A stretch of DNA of 64,000 nucleotides, taken from NCBI GenBank assembly GCA_013115145.1, contig JAAPAO010000031.1, positions 1-64,000 of the forward strand, given 5' to 3'. The position numbers and the translations under genes are program-made. The DNA comes from Perkinsus chesapeaki ATCC PRA-425. Its lineage: Eukaryota; Protista; Perkinsozoa. How positions within the stretch are numbered: position 1 is the stretch's first letter; each line of letters opens with the position of its first letter. Positions 12,181 through 25,027 of the stretch are shown here, one piece after another. Under the pieces are notes generated by a model. The model saw only the letters and a program-made list of their open reading frames with translations, had not been told where the DNA came from and searched no databases.

Positions 12181-13263
12181 TTAAATTTCATCTGACGATC
12201 GCAGCAATCCATCCTCGCCTAAGTGACCAGTCCGCCGAAATTTTTCGAATTTTCCCCTGAATTTTCCCCTGAATTTACCCCTGAATTTTCCCCTGAATTT
12301 TCCCTCTAGCACACCACCTGCTTGTCCCCTCCTATTGTCAGCCTTGAAGAGCTCTAATATAACAGCTGTAGTGAGCCACACCACCAACAGCACCATCGGC
12401 AGCACCAGCAAATATGTCCGGAAAACAGACGGTCGGCTCCTGCTAGGATCTGGGCCGCCTTTATTGGCATGTTTGCTAATCATTAAAACATAAGCTATGA
12501 AACCCCTCTTCCAGCGGAGCGAAGCAGCAGGCACTTCAACGCAACAGGGAGATGGTAAAGAAACAGTTGTAAACGTTAAGTCTCCTTCCGATGGGCCGCC
12601 TGTTGGGCGATCACCCGCTCTATCTCCCTGGACACCTGAGTTGTTGCCGAGAACCCACAAGTGAGTATCTTAGATATATCTGGCTTGGTATTCTTTCTAG
12701 TGCGGTCCTCAGATGAGGCAGATGATGAGGATCGCAGCAACAGTACCTTGCTCAGAACGACATCGAACAGTCGCCCGCAGATGCCGGCAAGAAATTCCAA
12801 TTGGCGGATATCGGTCACCGATTCTCCAATGTAAGCACCTCAGAACTTCTATTATCTACCTCATGCGTTCCACGGACAATGCTGGAATATGAGCCCACCT
12901 CCAGTCTTCTTCATCGCCAGAAAACACTCTCTTTCGTCCCCCTCCGGATAAAGCAGAAAGGCGAAGATAATAAAATACGGAATCCGAATAACATTCTTAA
13001 GATGCAGGAATCGACCGTCATTCAATTTCATTTCTCCCTGTCTTCGGCAGCGTGCACAAGCGGCTGTAACTACCACTGGACCGCCGCCCAACTCCCCCGA
13101 ACACTACATCCTTCCCCACATAGGTGAGCCCGAGTGTCGTCAAATGGCGGCGTTCATCCCCATCTGTTTCTTCTCCATTAGGCAAGTCCTCCCCCGGACT
13201 GGGATCAGACAGGACCACACTGCCTCTGGAGACTACATTAACGATGCTGACAAGATCTGACAC
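12181..13263 (-). CDS. Hypothetical multi-exon membrane protein
   Basis: Successive ORF pieces linked by plausible GT-AG introns; TM-like YLLVLPMVLLVVWLTTAVILEL; no family recognised. Confidence 0.35.
12247..12305. repeat. Tandem 12-mer repeat (gaattttcccct), 4 copies plus a partial fifth
   Basis: Units start at 12247, 12259, 12271 (one t>a), 12283 and 12295 (partial). Reads GKFR repeats on the minus strand. Confidence 0.95.
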
Positions 13264-13908
13264 TTGTACCTACAAAGACAGATGCTGTATCATGTAATGC
13301 GGGCCACCTCATGGTCAGATATAACCACCGACTAAGAGTGGTGCAGCATTCCCAAAAATGCTTGCAAAGTTGCTCTTTCCCCTAGCCACATAGTCTGGAC
13401 TTAAAGACTTTCTAGTATACTGCCCCATCCCTAAATTGGGAACCCTTTTGTATGCGAGGTTGGATGACTCTCCGACTCGGATTGAACCGCGGCGTCACCT
13501 TGACCCACCGAGAATGAACAAATGTTCCTAACTTAAAATTTCGGGGGGGGGCATTTTCTCAGGCGAAATGAAAAGTTCTTCTGGATCCTCCGCTGACTAC
13601 GCCTGCTTGACCACAACAACCATCATTCCCCTACTTACACACAAAGCCGTTGCCGTCATCGCCGCCGCCATAGCGCACGGTAGCAGCCATTCCGCCGAGA
13701 AGCCTCCAGGTGGATAGGATATAACCGATACATTTATAGGAAGGACCTGATGGACTCTTCAACCCTCAGGCGGCCCAAGCGCGGTCTTACACTTTTGGGG
13801 TAGTGTTCGGCTACCACCACCCCAGATAGACCGCTTGCTATCGTACTGGCAACATCATCGCATCTAAGCCAGGTAAAAGTATGCAGCTACTTACGGACGT
13901 CCAGGATA

Positions 13909-16900
13909 CTACATAGACTCGGCCGCCCGCTTTTCGTCTTCACTCCCTGTTACTCCTACTGAGGAGGCAGAGACGTTGACATCCAGCGAAAGCCGGTCGT
14001 GTTGACGACCGACTGCCACTAATGCCCCGGTGGCTTGCAGTGGACCCTGCCATTGACCACATTCCCTAGTATAACCCATCCGTTGGACCCACTGAGGCCT
14101 TGGCGAACACAATATATTGTCCCCACTCCACAACAGCCGCGAACTCCCCCGCAATCCTGATATTCAAACCAGACCTAACCCCAAAGGGACTGCTGGAGGA
14201 GCCGCTAGCAGACCCCTGCTTTTCCTGCTCAGTCGGTTGACTGGGGAACGGGCTGTACCTGCGAGAGCAATGATGGAGAGAGAAGCTTCGGGCTTTTACA
14301 GAGACACATCAGCTGGCAGGCCGAAGACGTGGGCTGACATGGCACAAAAGATTCTTCAAAGGTTGATAGAGAGACTCAACTCAAAACGCACAGGTATCAG
14401 AGACATTGGGGCACGGGGTCCGCCGAAAAATCAAACTCGTCAGTCATACTGCCCGAGCTAGTGAAACAAATGGCGAAACAAGAGTAGCGGCGGGCGTGCC
14501 GTGACAACTCGCGGCCTCCCGCTAATGGCCGCAGACCGACGGAGAATGGTATAAACTACTGTCTCCAGAGATGACTGCATTACTTCCTTTCTCGATCACT
14601 CTTGTCCGGTGGCCAAAGGTTGCTCGGTACACCATATGGCGAGGCCTGCTCTGTCCATGTAAGGGGATTATACCCTCCCAAAGTGGGCTGAGGGGAAGAT
14701 TTGAGAGAAATGCGGTATAAATTATAGTACCAAGGACTGTGCTGATGGTGTCGGGTCCGAGCAATACGTAGCCGGTGCGCTGAAGCCTCCAAAAGAGCTC
14801 GCTCCATCCGACCAACCGTCAAGTGGGAAGTTTTCTAGAATGACCTACCAGCACCCGTCAACCACACACACGCACGTTCCACTACAGAAGAAGAGCCTTC
14901 TTGGTTCCGCTGCAGCTCCGCCAAGGCACTAGCTAATAGACTCGGCTCGCCAATGGCGCAAAGGTCGGCCAGAGGGAGGCTGTAATCCATAGGAGCCTCT
15001 CCTCCTGGGTTATCCAGCGCTCCGCCTTCCATACTACCAAAGCCCCCTGTAGACAACCGTCGGGTGCCTTGATGATGATGCCTCCCATAGTCGCCCATTA
15101 CTCCTCGGGAGCTGTGATGGGCTGAGGCCGCTGTTTGACGGTCCCGTTGGAACCTGCTATACGCTGTTAGCCTCGTCCTCCTGCCCTATAGCATACCAAG
15201 GCCTTATTTGCTTATTAGACTGCTGCATAACACTAGATGTTCTAAAGTGCTCCATCAACTGCTCTGACCCCTGCAAGCGGGCGAAGGATATCTTACAAAT
15301 CTGAAAAGTGACATGGCAGCCCCGCCGCCGCCAGAGCACCGCCGCAGTGTGGCCGCACCTTTTCCGAGTTGAACCTCTCCCACTTTTTGCCATCAAACGC
15401 CCGTACTAGAGCGGGAATGCCTGAGGGAACAACACGTACGACTGGCCCCATGGGACAGCTGCTTGTTGGAAGGGACTTGCAAGAGGATCCTCAGCTGGGA
15501 ATTAGTCTTGCATGGTAGGATGACTCTACAACCGTGGGAGTTGTAATCCCACGTTTCATAAAAATAGCATTTAAAAACAGTTCTAATACGCATGGAATGT
15601 AGGGTTCGTGGATACTTAGCTCCGAAAAACAACCGTACTAAAGTTCGAACCAACGACCTATGCCATGGCAACGCCGAGCTCCCCCTGTTGGACTAAAATA
15701 CCCCTTGCCTCTCCTCTTACTTGTACGTGGGTTAGCGAAATCTATAAAAGCGTAACCGACGTTGCATTTGTTTCGAAAATCCATTGGTAAGTAGAAAAAG
15801 TCATACTGACCATTCAACGATGGAACCTGAAACACCAGCTAATCCGATGGCCCGTGTACAAAACGGAAAAATCCAACGCCAAGAGAACTTAAACAAATTG
15901 GCCGGTATTTTCCCACGAACACTCCTATTTCAAAAAGTTCTTAACGTGGCTTGATATACCTGCACCCATGTAGGTGTATTAATATTAAGTCTACCAACCT
16001 AAACCAAGATCTTCCAGACGATGCAATGAACGAAAAAGTAGTAAGTTAGGTATACAGTTCAATTCCCCATTGAAGCTACATGGGACGTAAGTAGAGCCAA
16101 ATATTTCCAAATCAGCAGGAGGAGGAGCGAGGTTCACTTCCGAGAGGCAGCAACCGAGTGATAGCCCCCCCACGCTATTACGGAGTCGAAAAGCTTCAAA
16201 AGCATCTTCTGTGTGTATTTATTTGGAATGTTACGTATCATACAGGTCGTCCTGGCATCCTCTCCGCTGGCCACCTTGTCCAGATCAATTTGGAACTGCG
16301 AGTTGGGCACAGCCGTGGTCTTAGGCAAGCGTCCACTGGTCACAGAGTCCGAAGCATGAGCTGACAGTAACCCATACGCCAAGACCCAGACCCACAATCT
16401 CCTTACAGTTGGCAGCAGCGACTCGGCCACCACTGGGAATTATACGGGGTTGTTGGTATCTTGGAAACACTAGCACGGAAAGAGATAACCTCTCTATATT
16501 ATCCTACCCCATCATAGCTGCCCGTTGAGCACCAGAGCAGGAGCCCCCTGTTGATGATGCACTACTGTGAACGGCGACCCGGTCTGAAACAGTAATGCTC
16601 CTACCACCACCTACTGCTGCCGTTGCCTGTTGCTCACCTTTGCTGGGAAGCATCGTTGACTTCAATCGCAGTGCTGAGAAATACCGCTATCCTAATTCAG
16701 CCCCACCCTATATTACCTGGCCCCATTGCCGGCTTTAATTTCGACCCTGGCGAATTAAGGGACGCCTTGATGGTCGCTCCAGCGCGCGAGTCATAAAATA
16801 CAGCTACAATGGAGGAGTCCTAGAGACGATGGTAATGTAATAAAATCTCCCGTTAGCAGCCATGCCTACCTGGAAGCTCATTTTGTAGAGGTCGCCGAAC

Positions 16901-17443
16901 TCCGTTAGCTCCTTTCTAATAGTATCAAAGCTATCTGTACTGGAAATGCTAAGAACTACACTGCGGTCCTCCTCCCCGTCCGGCAAAGGGACATACCGGG
17001 CCGACGTTGCTAGCTCGGCCTGTCGGATACGCTACTACACTGTATGAAGGAAGGTGCGTACCTCATTGAGCTTGACGAATGCACGCTGGGCTGCACGAAG
17101 ATCGAAGTACGCCACCACTATTGTACTATCCAAATGATAGTTGGAAAAGTCGATCCATCTTACATCGCCGATCTGAAGACCACCTTACTAACCCTCCCAA
17201 TACCGACGATACTACTTTATTCAGCGCCTCGAAAACTTTCCCGGACGACATCTCATTATCAGCTTCCTTCGTAAAAGTAACCTCTAGGCACTCGCAAGAA
17301 GGCATCTCTGTCGCTCCGGAACCTACAGCTATCTGTGGTGACCGTAGGGGAGCGTCTATACCGTTAGCCTCCGAGCTGGCACCCTGTAGAGTAAGGCTGG
17401 TAGAGGGGGCCACAGGAGGTATCCTGGGGTCTGGTGATGACAT
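13909..17443 (-). CDS. Mei2-like RNA-binding protein (two N-terminal RRMs plus the Mei2-type RRM3); boundaries approximate
   Basis: RRM3 signature DLDKVASGEDARTTCMIRNIPNKYTQKML, YDFFYLPMDFRNKCNVGYAFIDF, KISFARLQGSEQLMEHFRTSSVM. Upstream RRM-like VVAYFDLRAAQRA and ELTEFGDL..FYDSRA. Confidence 0.88.
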
Positions 17444-18396
17444 CGATGCAAAGATACTAGGGGCCAACTGAGAGGTATCTTCTATTAGCCCAATCAGGAC
17501 ATTCACGATGATTTATTTATTTCTCTTTATCCAGAGACCCTATGTCACAAAACCCGATAGAGCCCAGTAGGATTGCGAACTAGAGCATCCGGTTCAATGT
17601 GCCTCATATGAGCTTCTCCACGAAAAGAGCCGACAGAAACCGCTGGACAGCAAGCAAGCTTCAAGGGCTCACCGGCTATCACGGAGTGCTGCATACGCCT
17701 ATTTGAAGCCTATTTATGGAACATTAACTCCGATTTGGACAGTTAGCGGACGGAATGAGAAATGAAGTTCTCGTTTAGGAACAACATTCACAGTCGACTG
17801 GGTGGTACCGCTCATCATTCTTGGACGGCTTTTCCAGGCGACAGCGGCGGGGCAACGTAAAAAGCGCTAGCCGCCAGGCGGCGCCGCGCAAAATCCTTTC
17901 CGCTTTACGCCAACAGAACGGTTCAAGACCTAAGGAGGAATTTGAGGACCCTAGACACGTCGCCATTCGTCATAACTTGACTCGTGCTTAGTGTAAATGG
18001 TATTTGGCGTTGAAAAGGTGACCAACACCCAGGAGAGTGTCAACGGAATCTCCCGAAACCCGAGCACGTCACCCTTTAGGCGACGCTAACGAGGCACTCG
18101 AAGGCTGCGGTGCGGAAGTGACTGTTAATGAGCTCGGCCAGTGACACCTCAGCAGGATGCCTTGAAAGTGTCCTTAACTTTACCGTAGAAAACTGACTTC
18201 ACTTTCGGGAAGAGTGAGGAACTCTGTGGCACAGTCCACTCAAGTAGAAATTCCGAGGGCGTCGGATAGGTGGGAATGTGAAGGAAGTGATAATCTATTA
18301 TTTACATTGATCCCACTGGATGGAACAGCTTCAAAGGGCAATAGGGGCGGTGGATTCACATTTTAGTGGAGGAATTATTATGCAGTTGCCAATATT

Positions 18397-19499
18397 TTGG
18401 TTGCCTTGTCACGAACGTTCTTCCTCATTCCACTGGGCTTTGTGGAATGCTCGGCCATAACCTTATCCTTTAAAAAGCACATGGTATCTCTCGGTCTTGA
18501 TGGCCGATTCACCAAATTCCGAATCGATACTGGCAGTGGCAGGTTCTTTGCTATGTGCGGTCCCGAATACGAAAAAGAGGAAGCTGCAAGAGAGACAGCG
18601 TGCGTTAATTTTGCCCTCCTTATAATCCTTATAATCCTATATATTCAATCGAACGCAGTGGCGTGCCGATTTCGTCGATGGAAGCTTTCATGCATACGTT
18701 TTGCACACTGTATCTCTGACGATTGGGCAAATAACGATTTTCGAGTTCATGGTTGGACTAGCTATCTCCTGCTATGGCGGAAAGTGCAGGATGGCAAAGG
18801 GGGGTGGTGCTGGGGTGCTCGGTCTATCATACGGTCGCAAAGGTATTTCAGAGACATTTCTCGAGCAACTTAAAAGACACAAAGTGATTCCAAGCCCCAA
18901 ATATTGGGTTCGTACTGATCAAGATGCGTTGTTCTTCGATGGTATCCTAACATTTAATGATTCCGATATGAGGGCCGGCTCTTCCATGATACATCTGAGC
19001 AGAGACTCGCGTTACTTGATGAGGTTCCCAGTCTGGCCGTTGCAGCTTATGGGCCTTCAAGGTCACCAAATATCGTCTACATCATCAAGTGTGTTATCTG
19101 AGGGCAAGAAATCCATGACACTGGACACCGGTGCCACGAAAATATACTCGTTCCTCGGACAGATTTCGATAAATTCAAATTGACCACTTTCCAGTATCTC
19201 TGGCGACGCAATAACTTCTCTTATGCAGTCAATAAAACAGATATGACGAGTTGCCCACAGTTTTCTTTGGTATTGGAGAGCCAGACATCACGAGTGTCAT
19301 CAGAATGCGTCCAAAGCATTATTTGAGATGTTCGAGGCATTTCTGTACAGTGCCCCTCCTTCCTTATCCCGCGGGTCCCTACATACTCGGCCAGCCATTC
19401 TTTTACGCCTATGATGTAGGGTTTGATCTCAAGTCCAATCCTCCCTCTATATATCTCAAGGCTAAGGATGCTGATAATGAAGTTGAAACTATAGTCTAA
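18397..19499 (+). pseudogene. Pepsin-like aspartic protease, array copy 1, frameshifted
   Basis: Homology to the other copies is split over three frames (RIDTGS; HTVSLTIG..GVLGLSYGR..TLDTGA; ILGQPFFYAYDVGFD). Indels near 18575-18640 and 19150-19250; no in-frame ATG at the 5' end. Confidence 0.85.
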
Positions 19500-21135
19500 C
19501 GTTACAGGAGGATATGATTAATAATATCTAGTTTGCTGTCAGCGGCGATGGGGCATATCCAGCCGATTGGACTCTGTATTGGCTGGGGTTGATTCCGAGC
19601 AGCTACACTATTAACCAAACAATTGAGCATATTCCTTTTTCCGAGAACTTCTATATATATGTGGGTACATTCGGTACATATTCGGTATAACAGCCTATAT
19701 GTACTGGTGCATTCATGATGTTATGATGTTATTGATGACCTCTACCGGGTTGTGTTATTATACGGTCGATTGCGCACACCAGTTTAGGGGTGGGCTATGA
19801 CACAAAAGCGCCTGCTGTTCTCCCAATCCAAGACCTATATCAGTATTAGTAATACTGAGTAACCCTATTTGCATTTATAACTGACTTAATTCCTCTTTGT
19901 GCTTCAAGATATCTGTTCGTGTGCGTCAGGATGTCACAATATATCTTGTCTCGTTTGTGAGGACGGCACTTGTGTGGAGGCCACTGTGTTTCCGAGAGCT
20001 CATCCCAAACTTTACGACAACTACAATGCTTTTTACAAACTCTGATTCAAGTGTGGTCTCTTGGAAGTGAGCTGATACTGCTCAATTGGAAGTTGAAGGG
20101 TCCCCCGATGGCTGCCTGCGTAACACGTAGTTATCCTGCGGTAGACATGACTTGGGAGATATCTCTTCCTCGACGTGGAGCGGGAACCAGGGAACTTGCT
20201 CTTGCTTTGTCTTCCGTACGCAGGCCCAGTTCTCTTCTTAATGCCCCTTGGTGATGCTGTAATGATTGCAAATGATGAAGATGATATAGACGTTATAATA
20301 GACTGCCTCAACGCTCGAATACTGTAGTCTAATCCCGGAACAATCTCGGTCGAGCTCAGTGTCAGGTGTGCTATAAGCGAGGCTTCGTACGACATGAACG
20401 AAGAAGATCGGCCAGAGCACTTCACGTCTTCCACTGGAGCTGAACCCCCCACTGGTAGACTGGTCGCGGAGAGGATAGGATAGACTAGACCGACTCAGGG
20501 CGACAACCACAGACTGCACTTGGTGTATTGTCACCTGACAAGAGTGCTGCGGAACAGAACAGCTCCGTAGTACGATCAGATCAAGTCCAAGAACTCACCG
20601 ATGAGGTCCGTCGACAAAGGATAGAGGTGGGTCGTGTTTACCTGTGATGGTACAAGATTCTTTTCGTGTCAGATCAGTCGCTTAGTTCGACTTTTGGGCA
20701 GCAAGCAGACTGAGATAGACAGGCTTAACAAGGTAAGGGCTGTTGTCTCAACTCTATTCGCATACGTCTTACTACTGCCGTTGGGGGACATAGTCGCATT
20801 ATGTGTTTTTATCATATTACCGATAATCAGTGCTCGGCTCTCCGTTGCATCCCTGGGCTCTACTCGCAACCATTCCGATTCAGTCATATGAGACTATCAA
20901 CGAGAATCACCGACCGAGATTTCGAATCTTTTAAATACTTTGTTGATGCATGATAAGCCATAGCTGCTTCCACAAGACATGTGAAATGTTCACAGTCTGA
21001 CACACTACAAACTGTCTCTTCAGACCTTAGCGTCGAAGGAGGAGCCCGAAGAGATCTCCACTGCCGACATGACCATTATCAAGAGGCGAAGATCATCTAG
21101 ATTCCCCACCGATGATTCCCTAGCAGCTGACCTAG

Positions 21136-21270
21136 CTATCATGCCCACCCCTCGTCTAAAGCCCGAGAGAAGCTGTGAAAACCATTGTACAATTCAATAA
21201 CTGTTCATGACCTTCAATGTCGTACACCTTACTGGTGTCTATCCTCAACTACTTCGCTCGTTTTGTTGTT
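21136..21270. repeat. Duplicated upstream non-coding block (second copy ~23382-23520)
   Basis: tcatgcccacccctcgtctaaagcccgagagaagctgtgaaaaccattgtacaattcaataactgttcatgac.. aligns with tcatgtccaatccttgcccaaagcctgagagaagctgctaaaaccattgcacaataacaataactgttcatgac.. Confidence 0.85.
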
Positions 21271-21387
21271 AATCAGATTCATCGGGAATCTAAGTAAGTT
21301 ACATCGACGAGGACTGGGCCTCGGTCACCTGTTGTTCACTCTTTACTATGGGTAGCCTGCTCGATTGTCTCTGACCACTACCGTTGG

Positions 21388-22521
21388 TTGTTAAAATTGA
21401 TAAAGTGCCCCCCGAGACTCGCGTTTCTTACAGCCATGATGTCTGTTAAAGCGTCGCATATAACCATACCTTTCGCCGATAACAAAGCATCTCTAGCCCT
21501 AGACGGCCAGTACGCCAACTTCATGATCGATACTGGCAGTGCAAGGTCCTTCGCTATCTATGGGCCAGAGTACGAAAGAAGAAACTGTGAAGGAAGCTGT
21601 AAACATGTTGGAGTTTGTTACTTCTGTCTTCCCGATAGTCCCTGTCATGATACTTTCGAGAGGAAGAAATGGAATGTTAGATTTAGCGATGGTGACGTGT
21701 ATACATACGTGGAACATACTGTGTCCTTGAAGATTGGTGAAGTAACGATAAAAGACTTCAAGATTGGACTCGCTATAGACTTTTATAATAGAGAGGGAGA
21801 GGAAATGGCACATCCTGCACACGGGCAACTTGGTCTATCATACGGCCGGAAAGGTATCCCAGAGACATTTCTGGAACAGTTGCAAAGGCACGAAGTGATA
21901 ACCCATCTCGCATACTGGGTTCGCACTGCAACGGACGGATCTGACTTTGCTGGTAACCTCACACTAGATGATTCATCGAGGACCTATTCTCATACTATGC
22001 ACATTAGTAGCGGTACCGGCTCACAAGGAAGGATGCTGAGTCTCCCGGTGTGGCCGTTACAGCTTGCGAACCCTCAGGGTCATTTAATACAGCCAAGAAG
22101 AAGAAGAGCGAATCAAGTTGGGCCGGCCGACTGGAGAGTAGACACTCGCGCTGGATCAATTTTCACAACATCTGGAGATTTCGAGTTTTTCCTAGAAGCT
22201 GCTGGGAGATACCTCTGGATGGGAAATGATTCCCGTTGGTTTATGGTTGAAAAGGCAAATATTCGCAATCTACCTACCTTAATATACGATATAGGAGCAC
22301 AGGATACCAAGACGAGTATAAGAATACGTCCGAAACATTATGTGCGATGTGGTATATTTGGTGTTTGTTTTGTAGGCGTCATTCCTACGACCCGCGGATC
22401 TGGTTCATTAGGCCAGCCTTTTTTCCGCGCCTACCACGCAGGATTCGATCTCGATTCTGAACCACCTTCGGTTTATCTCAAAGCTAAGGAGTTCGAAGAT
22501 GAGATTTCCTTCTATATATAG
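21388..22521 (+). CDS. Pepsin-like aspartic protease, copy 2 (intronless; second motif DTR; leader ATG apparently lost)
   Basis: MIDTGS, GQLGLSYG, RVDTRAG, LGQPFFRAYHAGFD in a 377-aa open frame. Confidence 0.8.
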   Translation: MLKLIKCPPRLAFLTAMMSVKASHITIPFADNKASLALDGQYANFMIDTGSARSFAIYGPEYERRNCEGSCKHVGVCYFCLPDSPCHDTFERKKWNVRFSDGDVYTYVEHTVSLKIGEVTIKDFKIGLAIDFYNREGEEMAHPAHGQLGLSYGRKGIPETFLEQLQRHEVITHLAYWVRTATDGSDFAGNLTLDDSSRTYSHTMHISSGTGSQGRMLSLPVWPLQLANPQGHLIQPRRRRANQVGPADWRVDTRAGSIFTTSGDFEFFLEAAGRYLWMGNDSRWFMVEKANIRNLPTLIYDIGAQDTKTSIRIRPKHYVRCGIFGVCFVGVIPTTRGSGSLGQPFFRAYHAGFDLDSEPPSVYLKAKEFEDEISFYI

Positions 22522-23571
22522 TCCCATACGAAGATAGACCCGGCCCGAACATCTTCACGGTGGTATCGGCGTTGTCCTTATCTTCTTGCACATCAGCGGC
22601 AGTCTCGGTCAACAGTTGTATAGTACTCTCTGCTATTGTATATGTGAACCACGACGATGTTGAGATGTTCAAAGTGACCTCTGTCATTTTGTGTTATAAT
22701 TCTGTCCCATATTCATCGTCACGTTTCGCCATCTCGAGGAGTCTAGCTCCGGCGGCGCCAAACTGGTGCGGTTGTTTCAATATGTCTTCCATCTCACTAT
22801 GTCCTCATTATTACAAGGAAGCCTCTAGTGTTGACCTAGTGCTAGCGCCGTCGAATGGTGATCCGAGAAAACGCTCGATCATTTGAGAGGTCAATGACGT
22901 AGCGTATCGGACGTTACTTGCAATCCAGCTGGCTAGTACCTGTGCGGATGCCACTGCTGCGACCGGCAACGAAGCATACTACTGAACTTCCTGGCTGGAA
23001 GCAGTAGCAGTATCTCTTGGTATCGGCTTTCCTCTCATAGAGTGTATACAGGCCGGTGGCGACCACAATATTAGTATTAAAACCTAAATGCGAGTCGAAG
23101 CTGGGCAAGCTCGATCAATTATGGGTAGTCGAGTGTGGGTAAGTCGATAGAGAAGTAAATGAGCTCGTAATTCCCTATACTACTTATCGATATTTCAGTG
23201 TCACGTCCTGTATCCAGGCCGTTTTTGACGTTAAGATCCAGCAAACTTGTATGTTACACCTTAGCGTTTCATCCTCATTCCCTGAATAACAGCCACGAGC
23301 TCGACGATACTTCCCTTGACAAGAGTAATCATCAGAAAACGACTCAGAGGCTCTGAGCTTCCTCTTGACCATTCTCTAGCTATCATGTCCAATCCTTGCC
23401 CAAAGCCTGAGAGAAGCTGCTAAAACCATTGCACAATAACAATAACTGTTCATGACTCTCAATGTCATACACTTTACTGGTGTCTGCTCTTGACTACCAT
23501 ACTCGTTTTGTTCTCAATTCAATACAGGCTTTATCATACAACGAAAGTCGATATAGTTAGTTCTGTTAGTA

Positions 23572-24768
23572 ATGAGCAAATCTCAGTTCCGTGCTACTGA
23601 CTTTATCCAGCTGATATCCTGTGCCGTGATCTTCTACCACTGCCGTTGGTCGCTGGTACTGATAGCATTCCTAACAGCGATAGCGTCTGCCGAGGCGGCG
23701 CCCATAGCCCTGCCTTTCACGGGACGCAGGGCGTCTCTGGGTCTAGACGGCCAACACGTAGCCTTGCGCATCGATACCGGCAGTGCAAGGTATTTCGCTA
23801 TTAACGGGCCCGAATACGAAAAACAGAACGGGGAGGGAAGCTGCAAAAGTAGTGGAGCTTGTTATTTTTGCCCTCCCAATAATCCATGTGATGATATACT
23901 CCATCGACAACGTTGGCATGTTAGATTCCGAAATGGTGTCAGTTATGCATACGTGGAGCACACTGTGACTTTGTCGATTGGTGGGATGACGATTCCTAAT
24001 TTCAAGTTTGGGCTCGCCATAGAGTTCAATGACGAAAGCGGCGAGAGAGCGCCATTCTCCACTGGTGGGCAACTTGGCCTATCGTACGGGCGCGAGGGCA
24101 TCCCAGAGACATTCTTGGAACAGCTGCAAGCGCGAAGAGTCATTGCGCACCTCACGTATTGGGTTCGTACTGATGAAGGAGCCTCGTCCTTCAGTGGCAA
24201 ACTCACACTGGACGAATCACCCAAGACTGATGCCTACGCCATACGTCTGAGAAGCGATTCGCGACAACTGAAGGTCTCAGTTTGGTCTTTACACTTTCTG
24301 AGCCCTCAGGGCCGCTTCATGCCAAGGCGGTTATTACAGCCGGCGAAGATCGCAACGCAGCGTCCAACTCTCATATCAGTTGACACCGGCGCCGCGTCTA
24401 TCCATGCAGAATTGGAAGATTTCAACAGATTCACAGAGGTTGCTCAAAGATACCTCAGACGAGATAGCGAGTCAGGGCTCTATGTAGTCAACAAGACAGA
24501 TATTACTAACCTGCCAGCCTTATTTTATGGTATTGGCGACTTGCATAACCGAGCTGGCATCAGGATACAGCCTAAGCATTACGTGAAGTGTGAGAACGAT
24601 GGAAATGGTGCTTGCTTTGTCTACTTCCGTTACTGGTCAGAAAACGCGTGTGTACTCGGCCGTCCTTTCTTTCACGCCTATGATGTCGGGTTCGATCTCG
24701 AGTCTGATCCACCCTCCATTTACCTCAAGTCTGATGACGTTTATGACGAAGTTGAAACCATGGTCTGA
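23572..24768 (+). CDS. Pepsin-like aspartic protease, copy 3 (intronless, secreted-type leader)
   Basis: 398-aa ORF with a hydrophobic leader; RIDTGS and SVDTGA catalytic motifs; GQLGLSYG; VLGRPFFHAYDVGFD. Confidence 0.88.
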   Translation: MSKSQFRATDFIQLISCAVIFYHCRWSLVLIAFLTAIASAEAAPIALPFTGRRASLGLDGQHVALRIDTGSARYFAINGPEYEKQNGEGSCKSSGACYFCPPNNPCDDILHRQRWHVRFRNGVSYAYVEHTVTLSIGGMTIPNFKFGLAIEFNDESGERAPFSTGGQLGLSYGREGIPETFLEQLQARRVIAHLTYWVRTDEGASSFSGKLTLDESPKTDAYAIRLRSDSRQLKVSVWSLHFLSPQGRFMPRRLLQPAKIATQRPTLISVDTGAASIHAELEDFNRFTEVAQRYLRRDSESGLYVVNKTDITNLPALFYGIGDLHNRAGIRIQPKHYVKCENDGNGACFVYFRYWSENACVLGRPFFHAYDVGFDLESDPPSIYLKSDDVYDEVETMV

Positions 24769-25027
24769 CAGGAGGGGAAGATTCAGTTACTACGTAGGAT
24801 GGTTCTTTCGAGTGGTTTGGTTCCACATTTAAGCTTGTTTGATTACTGTCGAGGATTTAGTAGTGCTCCCAGCACTGTGCTGATTGCTAGTATCCGTAGC
24901 GTATTCTAGTAGAGTAGATGGTTTTGTTGATTACACATGATGTTGATGGCTCTAAGATGTTTACCAGGTCTGACCAGTTGCCTTGTTATCAATTAATGCG
25001 CCAGGCAAGTGTCGCTGGGATTAGATC

